Shown: positions 20,847-29,760, numbered from the stretch's first letter. The stretch: DNA of 64,000 nt from Aulosira sp. ZfuVER01 (GCA_034530615.2 JAVRCV020000037.1:1-64000); one strand, 5' to 3'. A program made the numbers and translations. The notes: generated from the sequence alone by a model not told the origin.

Positions 20847-21094
20847 GCGATCGCACCGATTCAGTAAAATGAGACTGTTGTAAGCTGTGGATTAGCGATA
20901 ATAGAGCAATCAACTGATTTAGGACGATCTGAAGTAGAGCGATCGCACCGACTCAGTAAAATGAGGCTGGTGTCAGCTAGGGATTTGCGATCGCACAGCA
21001 GGTTAAAAATCTAAGGTAGAAGGTAGGCTTGCCTTTGCGACATCCTTACGTAAAGCTGTGAAGCAAGATAATAGAGCAAGCAACTAGATTTAGG
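20847..21094. repeat. imperfect direct duplications anchored on HIP1 sites
   Basis: gcgatcgcaccga(t/c)tcagtaaaatgag.ctg.tgt.agct at 20847 and 20939; gataatagagcaa.caact(a)gatttagg at ~20897 and ~21067. Confidence 0.75.
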
Positions 21095-21103
21095 GGTGAA
21101 ACG

Positions 21104-21436
21104 ATGCAATTAGAAGATTATTTTGACTTTATATCTCCTGATGATATTCGCATCAAAGGACACCGCATCGGCATTGACAATGTACTTGATTATTATTTAG
21201 AAGGATATTCCCCAGAAGAGATTGTTGCAAATCTACCCACTCTGACTTTAGAGCAAATTCACGCTACTATTACTTTCTACCTCCATAATCGCACTCAAAT
21301 CGACGCTTATTTGTTACGTCTAGCATCATGGCGTGAGCAGCGTTATCAAGAATCTGTTGCTAACCCTTCACCGTTAGTGCAACGTCTTAGAACATTAAAA
21401 TCTCACAAAACTGAACAGCAGGTAAGCGCTTTGTAA
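21104..21436 (+). CDS. DUF433 antitoxin-like protein
   Basis: DIRIKGHRIGIDNVL..Y.EGYSPEEI...LPTLTLEQIHATITFY is typical of DUF433. Confidence 0.88.
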   Translation: MQLEDYFDFISPDDIRIKGHRIGIDNVLDYYLEGYSPEEIVANLPTLTLEQIHATITFYLHNRTQIDAYLLRLASWREQRYQESVANPSPLVQRLRTLKSHKTEQQVSAL

Positions 21437-21792
21437 AGGTTCGTTTTTTGCTCGATGAAAATTTGTCACCCCGTCTGAAAGTAGCTGTTCTCCGTCTTAA
21501 CCCTGCTATAGATATTGTGCGTGTAGGTGAGAGTAATGCACCAGAACTGGGAACTTTAGACCCCGATGTGTTACGTTATCTGGAGTTATCTCAAAGGCTG
21601 TTGGTAACAGATAATCGCACTAGTATGCCAGCACATCTAGAAGCACATTGGGCAGAAGATAGACATATTTGGGGATTATTTTGGGTGCGTCCGAGAATAC
21701 CAATAGGTCAGCTTGCACAAGAACTTTTGCTAGTTTGGGAAACTACTGATGCACAAGAATGGATAGATCAGCTTGAATGGATTCCATTTTAA
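21433..21792 (+). CDS. DUF5615 PIN-like toxin; the expected start position reads GTA
   Basis: (V)KVRFLLDENLSP...D..VL......RLLVTDN PIN-like motif directly after DUF433; the ORF track start at TTG 21448 cuts into the first beta strand. Confidence 0.8.
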   Translation, partial: VKVRFLLDENLSPRLKVAVLRLNPAIDIVRVGESNAPELGTLDPDVLRYLELSQRLLVTDNRTSMPAHLEAHWAEDRHIWGLFWVRPRIPIGQLAQELLLVWETTDAQEWIDQLEWIPF

Positions 21793-21859
21793 GCGATCGC
21801 TTGTGTGTTTAAAATTTGAAGTAGAGCGATCGCCTTCTTAACTCCATCATTCCACCTCT

Positions 21860-22069
21860 GAACAGGAAACTTCGAGCTAAAAACAGCAACGTTCTCGTTT
21901 GGAACATGAAACTTTGAGTTCAGAACAGGAAACTTCGAGCTAAAAACAGCAACGTTCTCGTTTGGAACATAAAACTTTGAGTTCAGAACACGGAACTTCG
22001 AGCTAAAAACAGCAACGTTCTCGTTTGGAACATGAAACTTCGAGTTCAGAACACGAAACTTGGAGATAA
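21860..22069. repeat. tandem array of 21-bp units with a 63-bp higher-order period (~3.3 copies)
   Basis: gaacaggaaacttcgagctaa-aaacagcaacgttctcgtttg-gaacatgaaactttgagttca starting at 21860, 21923, 21986, partial at 22049. Confidence 0.92.
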
Positions 22070-22101
22070 AAGCTTGATTTATCAGGCTGAAAACTTGAAT
22101 T

Positions 22102-24504
22102 TTACGGTTCTGAGGAAAGGCGATCGCGCAGATTTGCTAAATTTTCACAACACTTGACAGTGCGGGAATGATTTATCCCTAATCGTTGCTCAAAAATCTC
22201 TAAAGCTTGCATATACAAGGGTTCAGCTTCGTTGTATCTCCCTTGGTCACGGTAGAGTGTCGCTAGGTTCTGGAGACTTTGTGCAACATCTGGATGTTCT
22301 TCTCCCAGCAGCTTGCGCCTGAGTGCCAAAGCTTGGATGTAAAAGGGTTCGGCTTCGCTGTATCTGCCTTGGGAGTTGTAGAGATTCGCTAGGTTGTTGA
22401 GGCTTTGTGCGAGATCTGGATGTTCTTCTCCCAGCAGCTTGCGTCTGAGTGCCAAAGCTTGGATGTAAAGGGGTTCAGCTTCGCTGTATCTGCCTTGGGA
22501 GTCACAAAGTCCCGCTAGGTTATTGAGGCTGAGTGCGACATCTGGATGTTCTTCTCCTAGCAGCTTGCGCCTGAGTGCCAAAGCTTGAATGAAAAGGGAT
22601 TCGGCTTCGCTGTATCTGCCTTGGGAGTTGTAGAGATTCGCTAGGTTGTTGAGGCTTTGTGCGAGATCTGGATGTTCTTCTCCCAGCAGCTTGCGTCTGA
22701 GTGCCAAAGCTTGGATGTAAAGGGGTTCAGCTTCGCTGTATCTGCCTTGGGAGTCATAGAGTCCCGCTAGGTTATTGAGGCTGAGTGCGACATCTGGATG
22801 TTCTTCTTCCAGCAGTTTACGTCTAAGTGCCAAAGCTTGGATGAACAAGGGTTCGGCTTCGCTGTATCTGCCTTGGGAGTCGTAGAGTCCCGCTAAGTTA
22901 TTGAGGATGAGTGCGAGATATGGATGTTCTTCTCCCACCAGTTTACGTGTGAGTGCCAAAGCTTGGACGTACAGGGGCTCGGCTTCGCTGTATCTGCCTT
23001 GGGAGTGATTGACTAAAGCTAGGTTATTGAGGATGAGTGCGACATCTGGATGTTCTTCTCCCAACAGCTTGCGGTAGAGTGCCAAAGCTTGGATGTACAG
23101 GGGTTCGGCTTCGCTGTATCTGCCTTGGGAGTTGTAGAGATTCGCTAGGTTGTTGAGGCTTCGGGCAACAGAGGGATGTTCCTCTCCCAAGCGTTTTTTG
23201 GTGACTTGTAGACACTGCTCACGCCAAGGTTTTGCTTGGTCGTATAATCCCTGATCTTCGTAAAATTGAGCGTTGCCGATGAATGGCGAAATTAAATTTT
23301 CATCGCCGACGTACTGAATGAGATTCTTTGCTACTTCAGCTATGTGAGGTATGGCGGGAGTCACATCGTTGATTTGCTGAAGGGTGGACGATTCAGGAAT
23401 ATCTTTAGCAACTGCTACCATTACCCCGCAAAGCGATCGCTTAAATTCCTCTGCTTTATCTAAACCTGTCAGCTTATATTGAAAAAACTCTCGCAGCAGG
23501 GGATGTAGTTGATAGATTCCCTCACCTTTGCGCTGAAGTAAATGCAAATTCAACAACTTATCATCCCTAATTTCTTCTAAATCTTCCCCATCTTCCTCTG
23601 GTAAACACTGTTCTACGAACACCCAAGGTATAGGTGCGGCGGCGAATAAACTCAATAAGCAGCCCAGTTGCTTATCATCCTCCTCTAATTCTTGCCAACT
23701 CAACTCAAAAGCTGCTAACACACCCCGTTGTGCTGTCATGTCAGCTTCTGGTTTATTAAGCGCGGGTTGTTCTAGTCGCTTTTTCTCCAACCGTCGCTGC
23801 ATTTCTGCAAATGATAAATCTGGTTTCCGCGCCAGATACCGCCCCACCAACTCCAAACCCAAAGGCAAATAACCCAGCCACTCACATAACTGTAATACTA
23901 CCTGGGGGTTGCGCTGATTTTCCTGTTCAAATCTTTCTACCCCAATAATTGACTCTAATAATTTCAGCGCCGCCTCTGGTTGCAGTACATCTAAGGATAA
24001 TGTTGCTATCCGTCCCAAGTGCTGGCGGGTGGTAATCAGTATTTTAAACCGAGAAGATAGCGACGATAGGTAAGGTTTGACTTCCTGGTGATCGGTAACA
24101 TCATCCAACACCAGCAGCACCTCACCCTCACGCCAACGCCGCCAGCAAAATTGAACTTGTGCGGGTAAATCAAAATCTTGTGGCGGGTTTAAATCTAGCT
24201 GCGTCCTTGCAAACTGGACAATTTGCACCCCAATATCACCAGATTTGGGCAACAACCAGCAAATTCCACCTTGATAATTGTCTCGGTACTCAATGGCATA
24301 TTGCAACACCAGTTCTGTTTTCCCAACTCCACCCATCCCCGCAATAGCTGCAATGGCTACTTGTTGATTTTGCTGCAACATTTGCTGGAGTGTTTGCAAT
24401 TCTTCGCCACGTCCAACAAATTCCACTACCCCACTCAGGGGCAAATTTTGCGGTATTTCACTCTGGGGATGAGACTTTACCTGTTCCCGTTCAGGCGGCT
24501 GTAG
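22102..24504 (-). CDS. NB-ARC + TPR (42-aa repeats) NLR-like protein; no ATG start, frame open up to the in-frame TGA of the upstream gene
   Basis: IPQNLPLSGVVEFVGR, Walker A GMGGVGKT, Walker B LLVLDDV, GYLPLGLEL, LHPLL; repeats GEEHPDVA.SLNNLA.LY.SQGRYSEAEPLY.QALAL.RKLL. Confidence 0.9.
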   Translation of the reverse strand, partial: LQPPEREQVKSHPQSEIPQNLPLSGVVEFVGRGEELQTLQQMLQQNQQVAIAAIAGMGGVGKTELVLQYAIEYRDNYQGGICWLLPKSGDIGVQIVQFARTQLDLNPPQDFDLPAQVQFCWRRWREGEVLLVLDDVTDHQEVKPYLSSLSSRFKILITTRQHLGRIATLSLDVLQPEAALKLLESIIGVERFEQENQRNPQVVLQLCEWLGYLPLGLELVGRYLARKPDLSFAEMQRRLEKKRLEQPALNKPEADMTAQRGVLAAFELSWQELEEDDKQLGCLLSLFAAAPIPWVFVEQCLPEEDGEDLEEIRDDKLLNLHLLQRKGEGIYQLHPLLREFFQYKLTGLDKAEEFKRSLCGVMVAVAKDIPESSTLQQINDVTPAIPHIAEVAKNLIQYVGDENLISPFIGNAQFYEDQGLYDQAKPWREQCLQVTKKRLGEEHPSVARSLNNLANLYNSQGRYSEAEPLYIQALALYRKLLGEEHPDVALILNNLALVNHSQGRYSEAEPLYVQALALTRKLVGEEHPYLALILNNLAGLYDSQGRYSEAEPLFIQALALRRKLLEEEHPDVALSLNNLAGLYDSQGRYSEAEPLYIQALALRRKLLGEEHPDLAQSLNNLANLYNSQGRYSEAESLFIQALALRRKLLGEEHPDVALSLNNLAGLCDSQGRYSEAEPLYIQALALRRKLLGEEHPDLAQSLNNLANLYNSQGRYSEAEPFYIQALALRRKLLGEEHPDVAQSLQNLATLYRDQGRYNEAEPLYMQALEIFEQRLGINHSRTVKCCENLANLRDRLSSEP
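22230..23190 (-). repeat. near-identical 126-bp TPR-coding repeats
   Basis: gcttcgctgtatctgccttgggagt recurs every 126 bp; an alternating two-repeat (252 bp) unit is duplicated almost exactly. Confidence 0.9.
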
Positions 24505-24879
24505 TCAGAAGTTAAAAGTATTGCCAGAAATAGTATTAGTTCCGCCTTTAATGTTGATTCCTTTATAATTTTCAATAGTTTGGCTCAATTGCGGTTGTGC
24601 TTCCTTTGCTAAGGCTGCAACAGCTTCAGCTATTTCATCATCTTTCTTTGCAGCTTCCTCTACTTGCTGCCCAATGAGATAAGCTTGACCGTAATCTAAA
24701 GGTTGTGTTTGAGCCAGTTCGATAGTTTCCGCTGTGGTAGGTTGTTTGCGCTTCAGTAGTGATAATAAATTACCACCTTGCTCTAATGCCTTCTCGCCCA
24801 GAATTTCACCAGTCTTTTCAAAAGCTTTTGTAATAACTAAGGTAGCAATCGCGGCTGCTGTCAGGGTTACAGGCTCCAT
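24505..24879 (-). CDS. Bell-like small helical protein with C-terminal amyloid-like motif
   Basis: Hydrophobic N-terminal helix MEPVTLTAAAIATLVITKAFEKTGE, helical body, C-terminus ENYKGINIKGGTNTISGNTFNF; directly upstream of an NB-ARC-TPR. Confidence 0.75.
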   Translation of the reverse strand: MEPVTLTAAAIATLVITKAFEKTGEILGEKALEQGGNLLSLLKRKQPTTAETIELAQTQPLDYGQAYLIGQQVEEAAKKDDEIAEAVAALAKEAQPQLSQTIENYKGINIKGGTNTISGNTFNF

Positions 24880-25069
24880 ATAAAAGTCATGACTTACGAG
24901 ATTACGTTGTGCGATATTTTACTCTAGCTAAACTCATGCGGGAAGAAGTAATACATATCTATTAAGATTTATTTGACAAGGCTGGTGCGATCGCCTTTGT
25001 CTCTTGGGTAAAATCTCACAAATACATTTGCTAAAGCCATACTATATCTATTAACGCTAAAGTCATAGT

Positions 25070-25297
25070 ATGACTACCAACATCACAACCCCAATGCAAG
25101 CTGATAAATACCCTTTTGCTCAAGAACTGATTACTGATATGGAAGGTAATATCCGCAAAGTAGTTATAGATTTTCATGACTATCTACGTTTGCTAGAAGC
25201 TATTGAGGATGAAGGACTTATCTTAGCCATGAAGACAGTAGAACATGAAATACCTCTAAATATTGATAAAGCATTAGCACAACTAGAACAAGAGTGA
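25070..25297 (+). CDS. putative antitoxin of a RelE-type TA pair
   Basis: 75-aa acidic protein (VVIDFHDYLRLLEAIEDEGL) with a GTGA overlap into the toxin. Confidence 0.78.
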   Translation: MTTNITTPMQADKYPFAQELITDMEGNIRKVVIDFHDYLRLLEAIEDEGLILAMKTVEHEIPLNIDKALAQLEQE

Positions 25298-25566
25298 TTA
25301 CCCAATATTTACCCAGCTTTATCAAGGATCTCAAGGCTCTTAAAAGTACACCTTATTATGAGACTATTAAAGCTTTGGCTTTTGAAGAAATACCACAAAT
25401 CCTCACCTTTGAAGAAATTACGAACATCAAAAAACTTCAGGGTTATGAAAATGCTTATCGCATCCGCGTCGGTGATTACCGTATAGGACTGATTTTTGAT
25501 GGAGAAACAATCCTATTTCAGCGAGTATTACACCGGAAAGATATTTATCGTTATTTCCCCAAATAA
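25294..25566 (+). CDS. RelE/StbE-family toxin
   Basis: F.KDLKAL...KKLQGYENAYRIRVGDYRIG...RVLHRKDIY. Confidence 0.92.
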   Translation: MITQYLPSFIKDLKALKSTPYYETIKALAFEEIPQILTFEEITNIKKLQGYENAYRIRVGDYRIGLIFDGETILFQRVLHRKDIYRYFPK

Positions 25567-25698
25567 AACCATTGCCAACAATCTGGCAAATAGTATCTGT
25601 AGGATGGGTATTGCATATATAACTTTCTTAATTAGGAATTATAAATTTCAATATAATGGCTACGCGATCGCATTTTGTCGCCTTCTGGAATAAGCATC

Positions 25699-27219
25699 AT
25701 GAACAGCACATCACAACAGCAAAGAGCAATTACAGCGTTTGGTGATTTCTTATCTACACCCCTAGACACCCTACTAAAACAGCATCTAGAAACACCAACC
25801 CAATCAGCGATTTTAGCTTTATTTCATGATGTAGCTGCTCATGTCCCAGCTTACAAAGCTTTTTTGGCAGAACAAGGAATCGATCCAGCCACTATCCAGA
25901 GTTTAGCGGATTTTCAAAACTTACCCGCGATCGCCAAAGAAAATTATATCTCCCGTTATCCCCTCACAGACTTGTGCCGCAATGGGCAATTATCAGAATG
26001 CGACATGATAGCGGCTTCCTCCGGTTCTACAGGTAAACCCACATTCTGGCCGCGTTTCTTCGCAGATGAACTGCAAATCGCCACACGCTTTGAGCAGATT
26101 TTTCACGATAGTTTTGATGCAGATACCAAACGCACCTTAGCGGTGATTTGCTTCACTTTGGGTACATGGGTAGGTGGAATGTTTACCACTAATTGCTGTC
26201 GCTATCTTGCCAGCAAAGGTTATCCTGTAACTGTAATTACTCCGGGTAATAATAAAGAAGAAATCTTGCGTGCTGTGCAGGAACTTGGTTTAGGATTTGA
26301 CCAAGTTGTATTATTAGGTTATCCGCCATTCCTGAAAGATGTAATTGATACAGGAATTGCTCGTAGCGTGCAGTGGCAGCAATATCATATCAAGTTGGTG
26401 ATGGCGGGAGAAGTCTTTAGTGAAGAATGGCGGAGTTTGGTTGGTGAAAGAATCGGTTCGCAAAATCCCTGCTACGACTTTGCATCACTTTATGGAACTG
26501 CTGATGCAGGTGTGTTAGGTAATGAAACACCTTTAAGTATCTGCATTCGCCGTTTTTTGGCACAACATCCCGATGCAGCCAAAGCTTTGTTTGGAGAATC
26601 TCGTCTCCCAACATTGGTACAATACGATCCCATCAGTCGGTTTTTTGAAGTGCAGGATGGGAAATTGCTGTTTTCGGGAAATAATGGCATACCCTTGGTG
26701 CGTTATAACATTTTAGATACAGGCGGGATCGTTAGTTACGATGCCATGCTCCAGTTTTTAGCAGAATGGGGATTCGATCCACTCCAGGATGAACATCTCT
26801 GCGTGGAGAATCAACCAGTTAGAGGAATTCGCGCACTACCTTTTGTTTATGTCTTCGGACGTTCTAACTTTACAGTTTCTTACTTTGGCGCAAATATCTA
26901 TCCAGAAAATGTCACAGTAGGTTTAGAGCGATCGCCAATTCCCGAATGGGTAACAGGTAAATTTGTCTTGCAAGTTAAAGAAGACGCCGACAAAAACCGA
27001 TTCTTATCTGTAGTTGTGGAGTTAGCACCGGGAGTAGAAGCTAGTGAAGATAAAAGAGTTGCGATCGCATCTTCTATTCTCTCGCAACTTCTCCGTCTCA
27101 ATAGCGAATTTGCTAACTACGTTCCCTCAGAATATCAAATGCCGCAGGTTGCATTAGCTCCAACTGGCGATCCCGAGTATTTCCCTATCGGGGTGAAGCA
27201 TCGTTATACCCGCAAGTAA
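25699..27219 (+). CDS. phenylacetate-CoA ligase (PaaK)-like adenylate-forming enzyme
   Basis: SSGSTGKP P-loop, AGE, YGTAD, PLVRYNILD.G, GRS; ATG at 25699. Confidence 0.85.
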   Translation: MNSTSQQQRAITAFGDFLSTPLDTLLKQHLETPTQSAILALFHDVAAHVPAYKAFLAEQGIDPATIQSLADFQNLPAIAKENYISRYPLTDLCRNGQLSECDMIAASSGSTGKPTFWPRFFADELQIATRFEQIFHDSFDADTKRTLAVICFTLGTWVGGMFTTNCCRYLASKGYPVTVITPGNNKEEILRAVQELGLGFDQVVLLGYPPFLKDVIDTGIARSVQWQQYHIKLVMAGEVFSEEWRSLVGERIGSQNPCYDFASLYGTADAGVLGNETPLSICIRRFLAQHPDAAKALFGESRLPTLVQYDPISRFFEVQDGKLLFSGNNGIPLVRYNILDTGGIVSYDAMLQFLAEWGFDPLQDEHLCVENQPVRGIRALPFVYVFGRSNFTVSYFGANIYPENVTVGLERSPIPEWVTGKFVLQVKEDADKNRFLSVVVELAPGVEASEDKRVAIASSILSQLLRLNSEFANYVPSEYQMPQVALAPTGDPEYFPIGVKHRYTRK

Positions 27220-27238
27220 TAATATTTAGAACATCTAA

Positions 27239-27931
27239 TTAAAAAGCACCGTTTTTATTCAATACAACCTTGAGCGTTTTCAGTATCAAACTAACATCGT
27301 AAGTAATAGACCACTTATCTTGATAATTTAAATCCATCCGCACAATCTCTTCAAAAGACTTGATACTAGAACGCCCATTAGCCTGCCATTCCCCAGTTAT
27401 CCCTGGTTTGACATTCAGTCTTTGCCAGTGGTGTTTTGAGTAGTGCATCACTTCATCAGGAGTCGGCGGACGAGTACCAACTAGACTCATTTCCCCTCGC
27501 AATACGTTCCAGAATTGGGGAAATTCGTCTAGGCTGGTGCGACGTAGAAATCTACCTACACGAGTAATCCGAGGATCATTCTGATTTTTGAAGATATGAT
27601 GGTCTTTCGCTTCATTCTTCACCAAATGCTTGTGTTGATCCGCGCCGACAACCATAGAACGAAATTTCCAAATTCTAAAGGATCTACCATTCAGACCACA
27701 GCGAATCTGACTGTAGAAAATAGGGCCAGGGTTATCTAGTTGAATAGCTATAGCAACAGGAATTGTTACGAAGCCTGTAATTACTAATCCGATCGCAGCA
27801 CCCAAAATGTCAATCATACGCTTGACTTTGCTTTTTACAGAAGGATGAACTGGCAGACTAGACAAATGTGAACTGTAGGCTTCATCTATAAGTGGTACAT
27901 GAATAGAGTGGTTATTAGAACGTTTAGACAT
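27239..27931 (-). CDS. priming polyprenyl-phosphate sugar transferase (Bac_transf, small PglC/WcaJ-type)
   Basis: [66 protein letters not shown]. Confidence 0.95.
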   Translation of the reverse strand: MSKRSNNHSIHVPLIDEAYSSHLSSLPVHPSVKSKVKRMIDILGAAIGLVITGFVTIPVAIAIQLDNPGPIFYSQIRCGLNGRSFRIWKFRSMVVGADQHKHLVKNEAKDHHIFKNQNDPRITRVGRFLRRTSLDEFPQFWNVLRGEMSLVGTRPPTPDEVMHYSKHHWQRLNVKPGITGEWQANGRSSIKSFEEIVRMDLNYQDKWSITYDVSLILKTLKVVLNKNGAF

Positions 27932-28414
27932 GGTAATTATAGTTTCAGTGACTCATCTGCCGAATTCAGCCACCTAAAAAGCTAATAGTCTCACCTAATT
28001 ACTCTGCCGATTGAGCCAACATCTGGCTACCGCAAAAGCGTTCTTGAGGATATTTGCCATGAAGGTAGCTCTTGCTAATTTATGAACGAACATTCAATGT
28101 GGTTGGAGGATTGGTGTAATTACAAGCTAGTTAAGTTGCTTATAGGTAATCTCCTGACAGCACATCTGTATACTATGCACAAATTCCGAGAAATGCCTGA
28201 GAAGCCGAAATTTAAACATAACTAGAGTATTTATATATAAAAATTTTTAAGTCCACTTGCATTGCATATTCATGCTTAATTACAAACCAAGATTTAATAC
28301 TTACTAAAAATTTTGTAGGTGCTATTACAGTTTCCTATTCATATAGATTCAGAAAATACTATCTAATGGCTACTTAGAGTTATATCTGTACCGTATCCTG
28401 AAGGAGGCATAAAC

Positions 28415-28440
28415 TTATCCACCAAGTTATCCACTTGGAT
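28415..28440 (-). promoter_or_regulatory. candidate operator ATCC-N4-GGATAACT-N2-GTGGATA upstream of the priming transferase
   Basis: Minus strand reads ATCCAAGTGGATAACTTGGTGGATAA; 20/26 identical to 31817-31842. Confidence 0.55.
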
Positions 28441-28777
28441 GTAGCGTACAGTCTATATTTAGATTCATAATATGTCTACTTTCCATACATATTTATCGCT
28501 TTGGTGTATATCTTCCTTAATTTAAGATATATTCAAAGCCCGAGCAAGAATTTTTGTGAAGTAATAGCGATTTATAATTAGAATATTTTCTGTGAGAGAA
28601 TATTTTTGATCGACAAGCTCATAAAAATGTAGAAATTTCCTATTTCTAGGAAGATACTTGATTGATATTTGCTTTACAAAGAAATGTTAATAACTAGTTT
28701 AAGTTTATATATAGATATATAATTTTAAATTCAAACTTCTTGCAGACAAAAGTGTTTCCCTAATTTATTTGCTAATC

Positions 28778-29083
28778 ATGCAATCACATCGAATTATGAT
28801 CGTTGGCAGCAACATCACCACAGTACAACGTGTTAGTAGTTATTGCCTCAAAAAGAGTCCACATGTGCTTCCATACTATGGAATCCCTACTGATGAGGAG
28901 ATGAATCTGTTTGCTCCCGATATCTTAGTTCTATGTTGGCCTATACCAGAGAGTTTCCAGCATCAAATACGTCAGCCCTACATTTTGTGGTCAGATAATC
29001 TCACGTTTGAGGGGCTAAGGCTACCATTAGTGAATAACCCTAAAGATTTGTATGAGTTTTTACATGAAGTTGTCCCAGCTTAA
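28778..29083 (+). CDS. small hypothetical protein, possibly a degenerate receiver-like fold
   Basis: HRIMIVGSN...FAPDILVLCWP mimics receiver beta1/beta3 but lacks the acidic pocket; convergent with the response regulator. Confidence 0.45.
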   Translation: MQSHRIMIVGSNITTVQRVSSYCLKKSPHVLPYYGIPTDEEMNLFAPDILVLCWPIPESFQHQIRQPYILWSDNLTFEGLRLPLVNNPKDLYEFLHEVVPA

Positions 29084-29760
29084 ATTAGCCCCTCACGTAC
29101 AGCTACGGCTGCTGCTTGGACGCGATCGTCAACGCTAAGTTTATTCAAGAGCATACGTACATAAGACTTGACAGTTCCTAATGAGAGATAAAGTTCATCA
29201 GCAATTTCCTGGTTTGAGTATCCTTGAGCAATCAATTTCAGGACTTCGCGCTCACGACTACTAAGAATCGGTCGTTGATTCCCCTCAGATGCACGGGTAG
29301 TATCTGGAGAAATAAAACTTGGCTTCAGCATCCTTGCAACCTTTTGCGCTATTGAAGGATCTAGATAAGCACCGCCTTGGAGAACTAATTGGATCACAGC
29401 AACCAATTGTTCCCACTTTATGCTTTTGAGGCAATAGCCATCGGCTCCAGCTGCAAGCATCCCTACCACTTGGGTATCCTCATCAAATGCACTCAAGGCC
29501 AAAATTCGAGTGGCAGGCTGGTCACTTTTGATCTGCTGCGTAGCCGTGATCCCATCTATATTCGGTAGATCGATGTCCATCAAAACCACATCTGGCTGAA
29601 GTTTAGCCGCCAATTTCATAGCTTCTGCACCATCTTCTGCCTCTCCAACTACAGTAAAGCCTGGTTCTAGGGAAAATTGCCCTTTCATGCCACGGCGGAT
29701 CAACGGATGATCGTCGACCACTAATATTTTGATAGTTTTCAATTCAACAGTATCACCCAT
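29080..29760 (-). CDS. NarL/LuxR-family response regulator
   Basis: ILVVDDH, DVVLMDIDLP..DG, LSSREREVLKLIAQGYSNQEIADELYLSLGTVKSY. Confidence 0.96.
   Translation of the reverse strand: MGDTVELKTIKILVVDDHPLIRRGMKGQFSLEPGFTVVGEAEDGAEAMKLAAKLQPDVVLMDIDLPNIDGITATQQIKSDQPATRILALSAFDEDTQVVGMLAAGADGYCLKSIKWEQLVAVIQLVLQGGAYLDPSIAQKVARMLKPSFISPDTTRASEGNQRPILSSREREVLKLIAQGYSNQEIADELYLSLGTVKSYVRMLLNKLSVDDRVQAAAVAVREGLI

Noticed and set aside
21860..22069. Possible CRISPR array
   Set aside because: The would-be spacers are themselves repeated, the units are contiguous 21-mers, and no cas genes are present.
22102..24444. Diversity-generating retroelement acting on the TPR or GT87 repeats
   Set aside because: No reverse transcriptase is present and the differences are not adenine-specific.
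24505..24507. In-frame TGA as selenocysteine
   Set aside because: It lies in a linker rather than a redox motif, no convincing SECIS-like hairpin follows, and no sel genes are in the window.
28415..28435. DnaA boxes / oriC (TTATCCAC x2)
   Set aside because: Only two 8/9 matches, no dnaA/dnaN context; better explained as the motif shared with 31817-31842.
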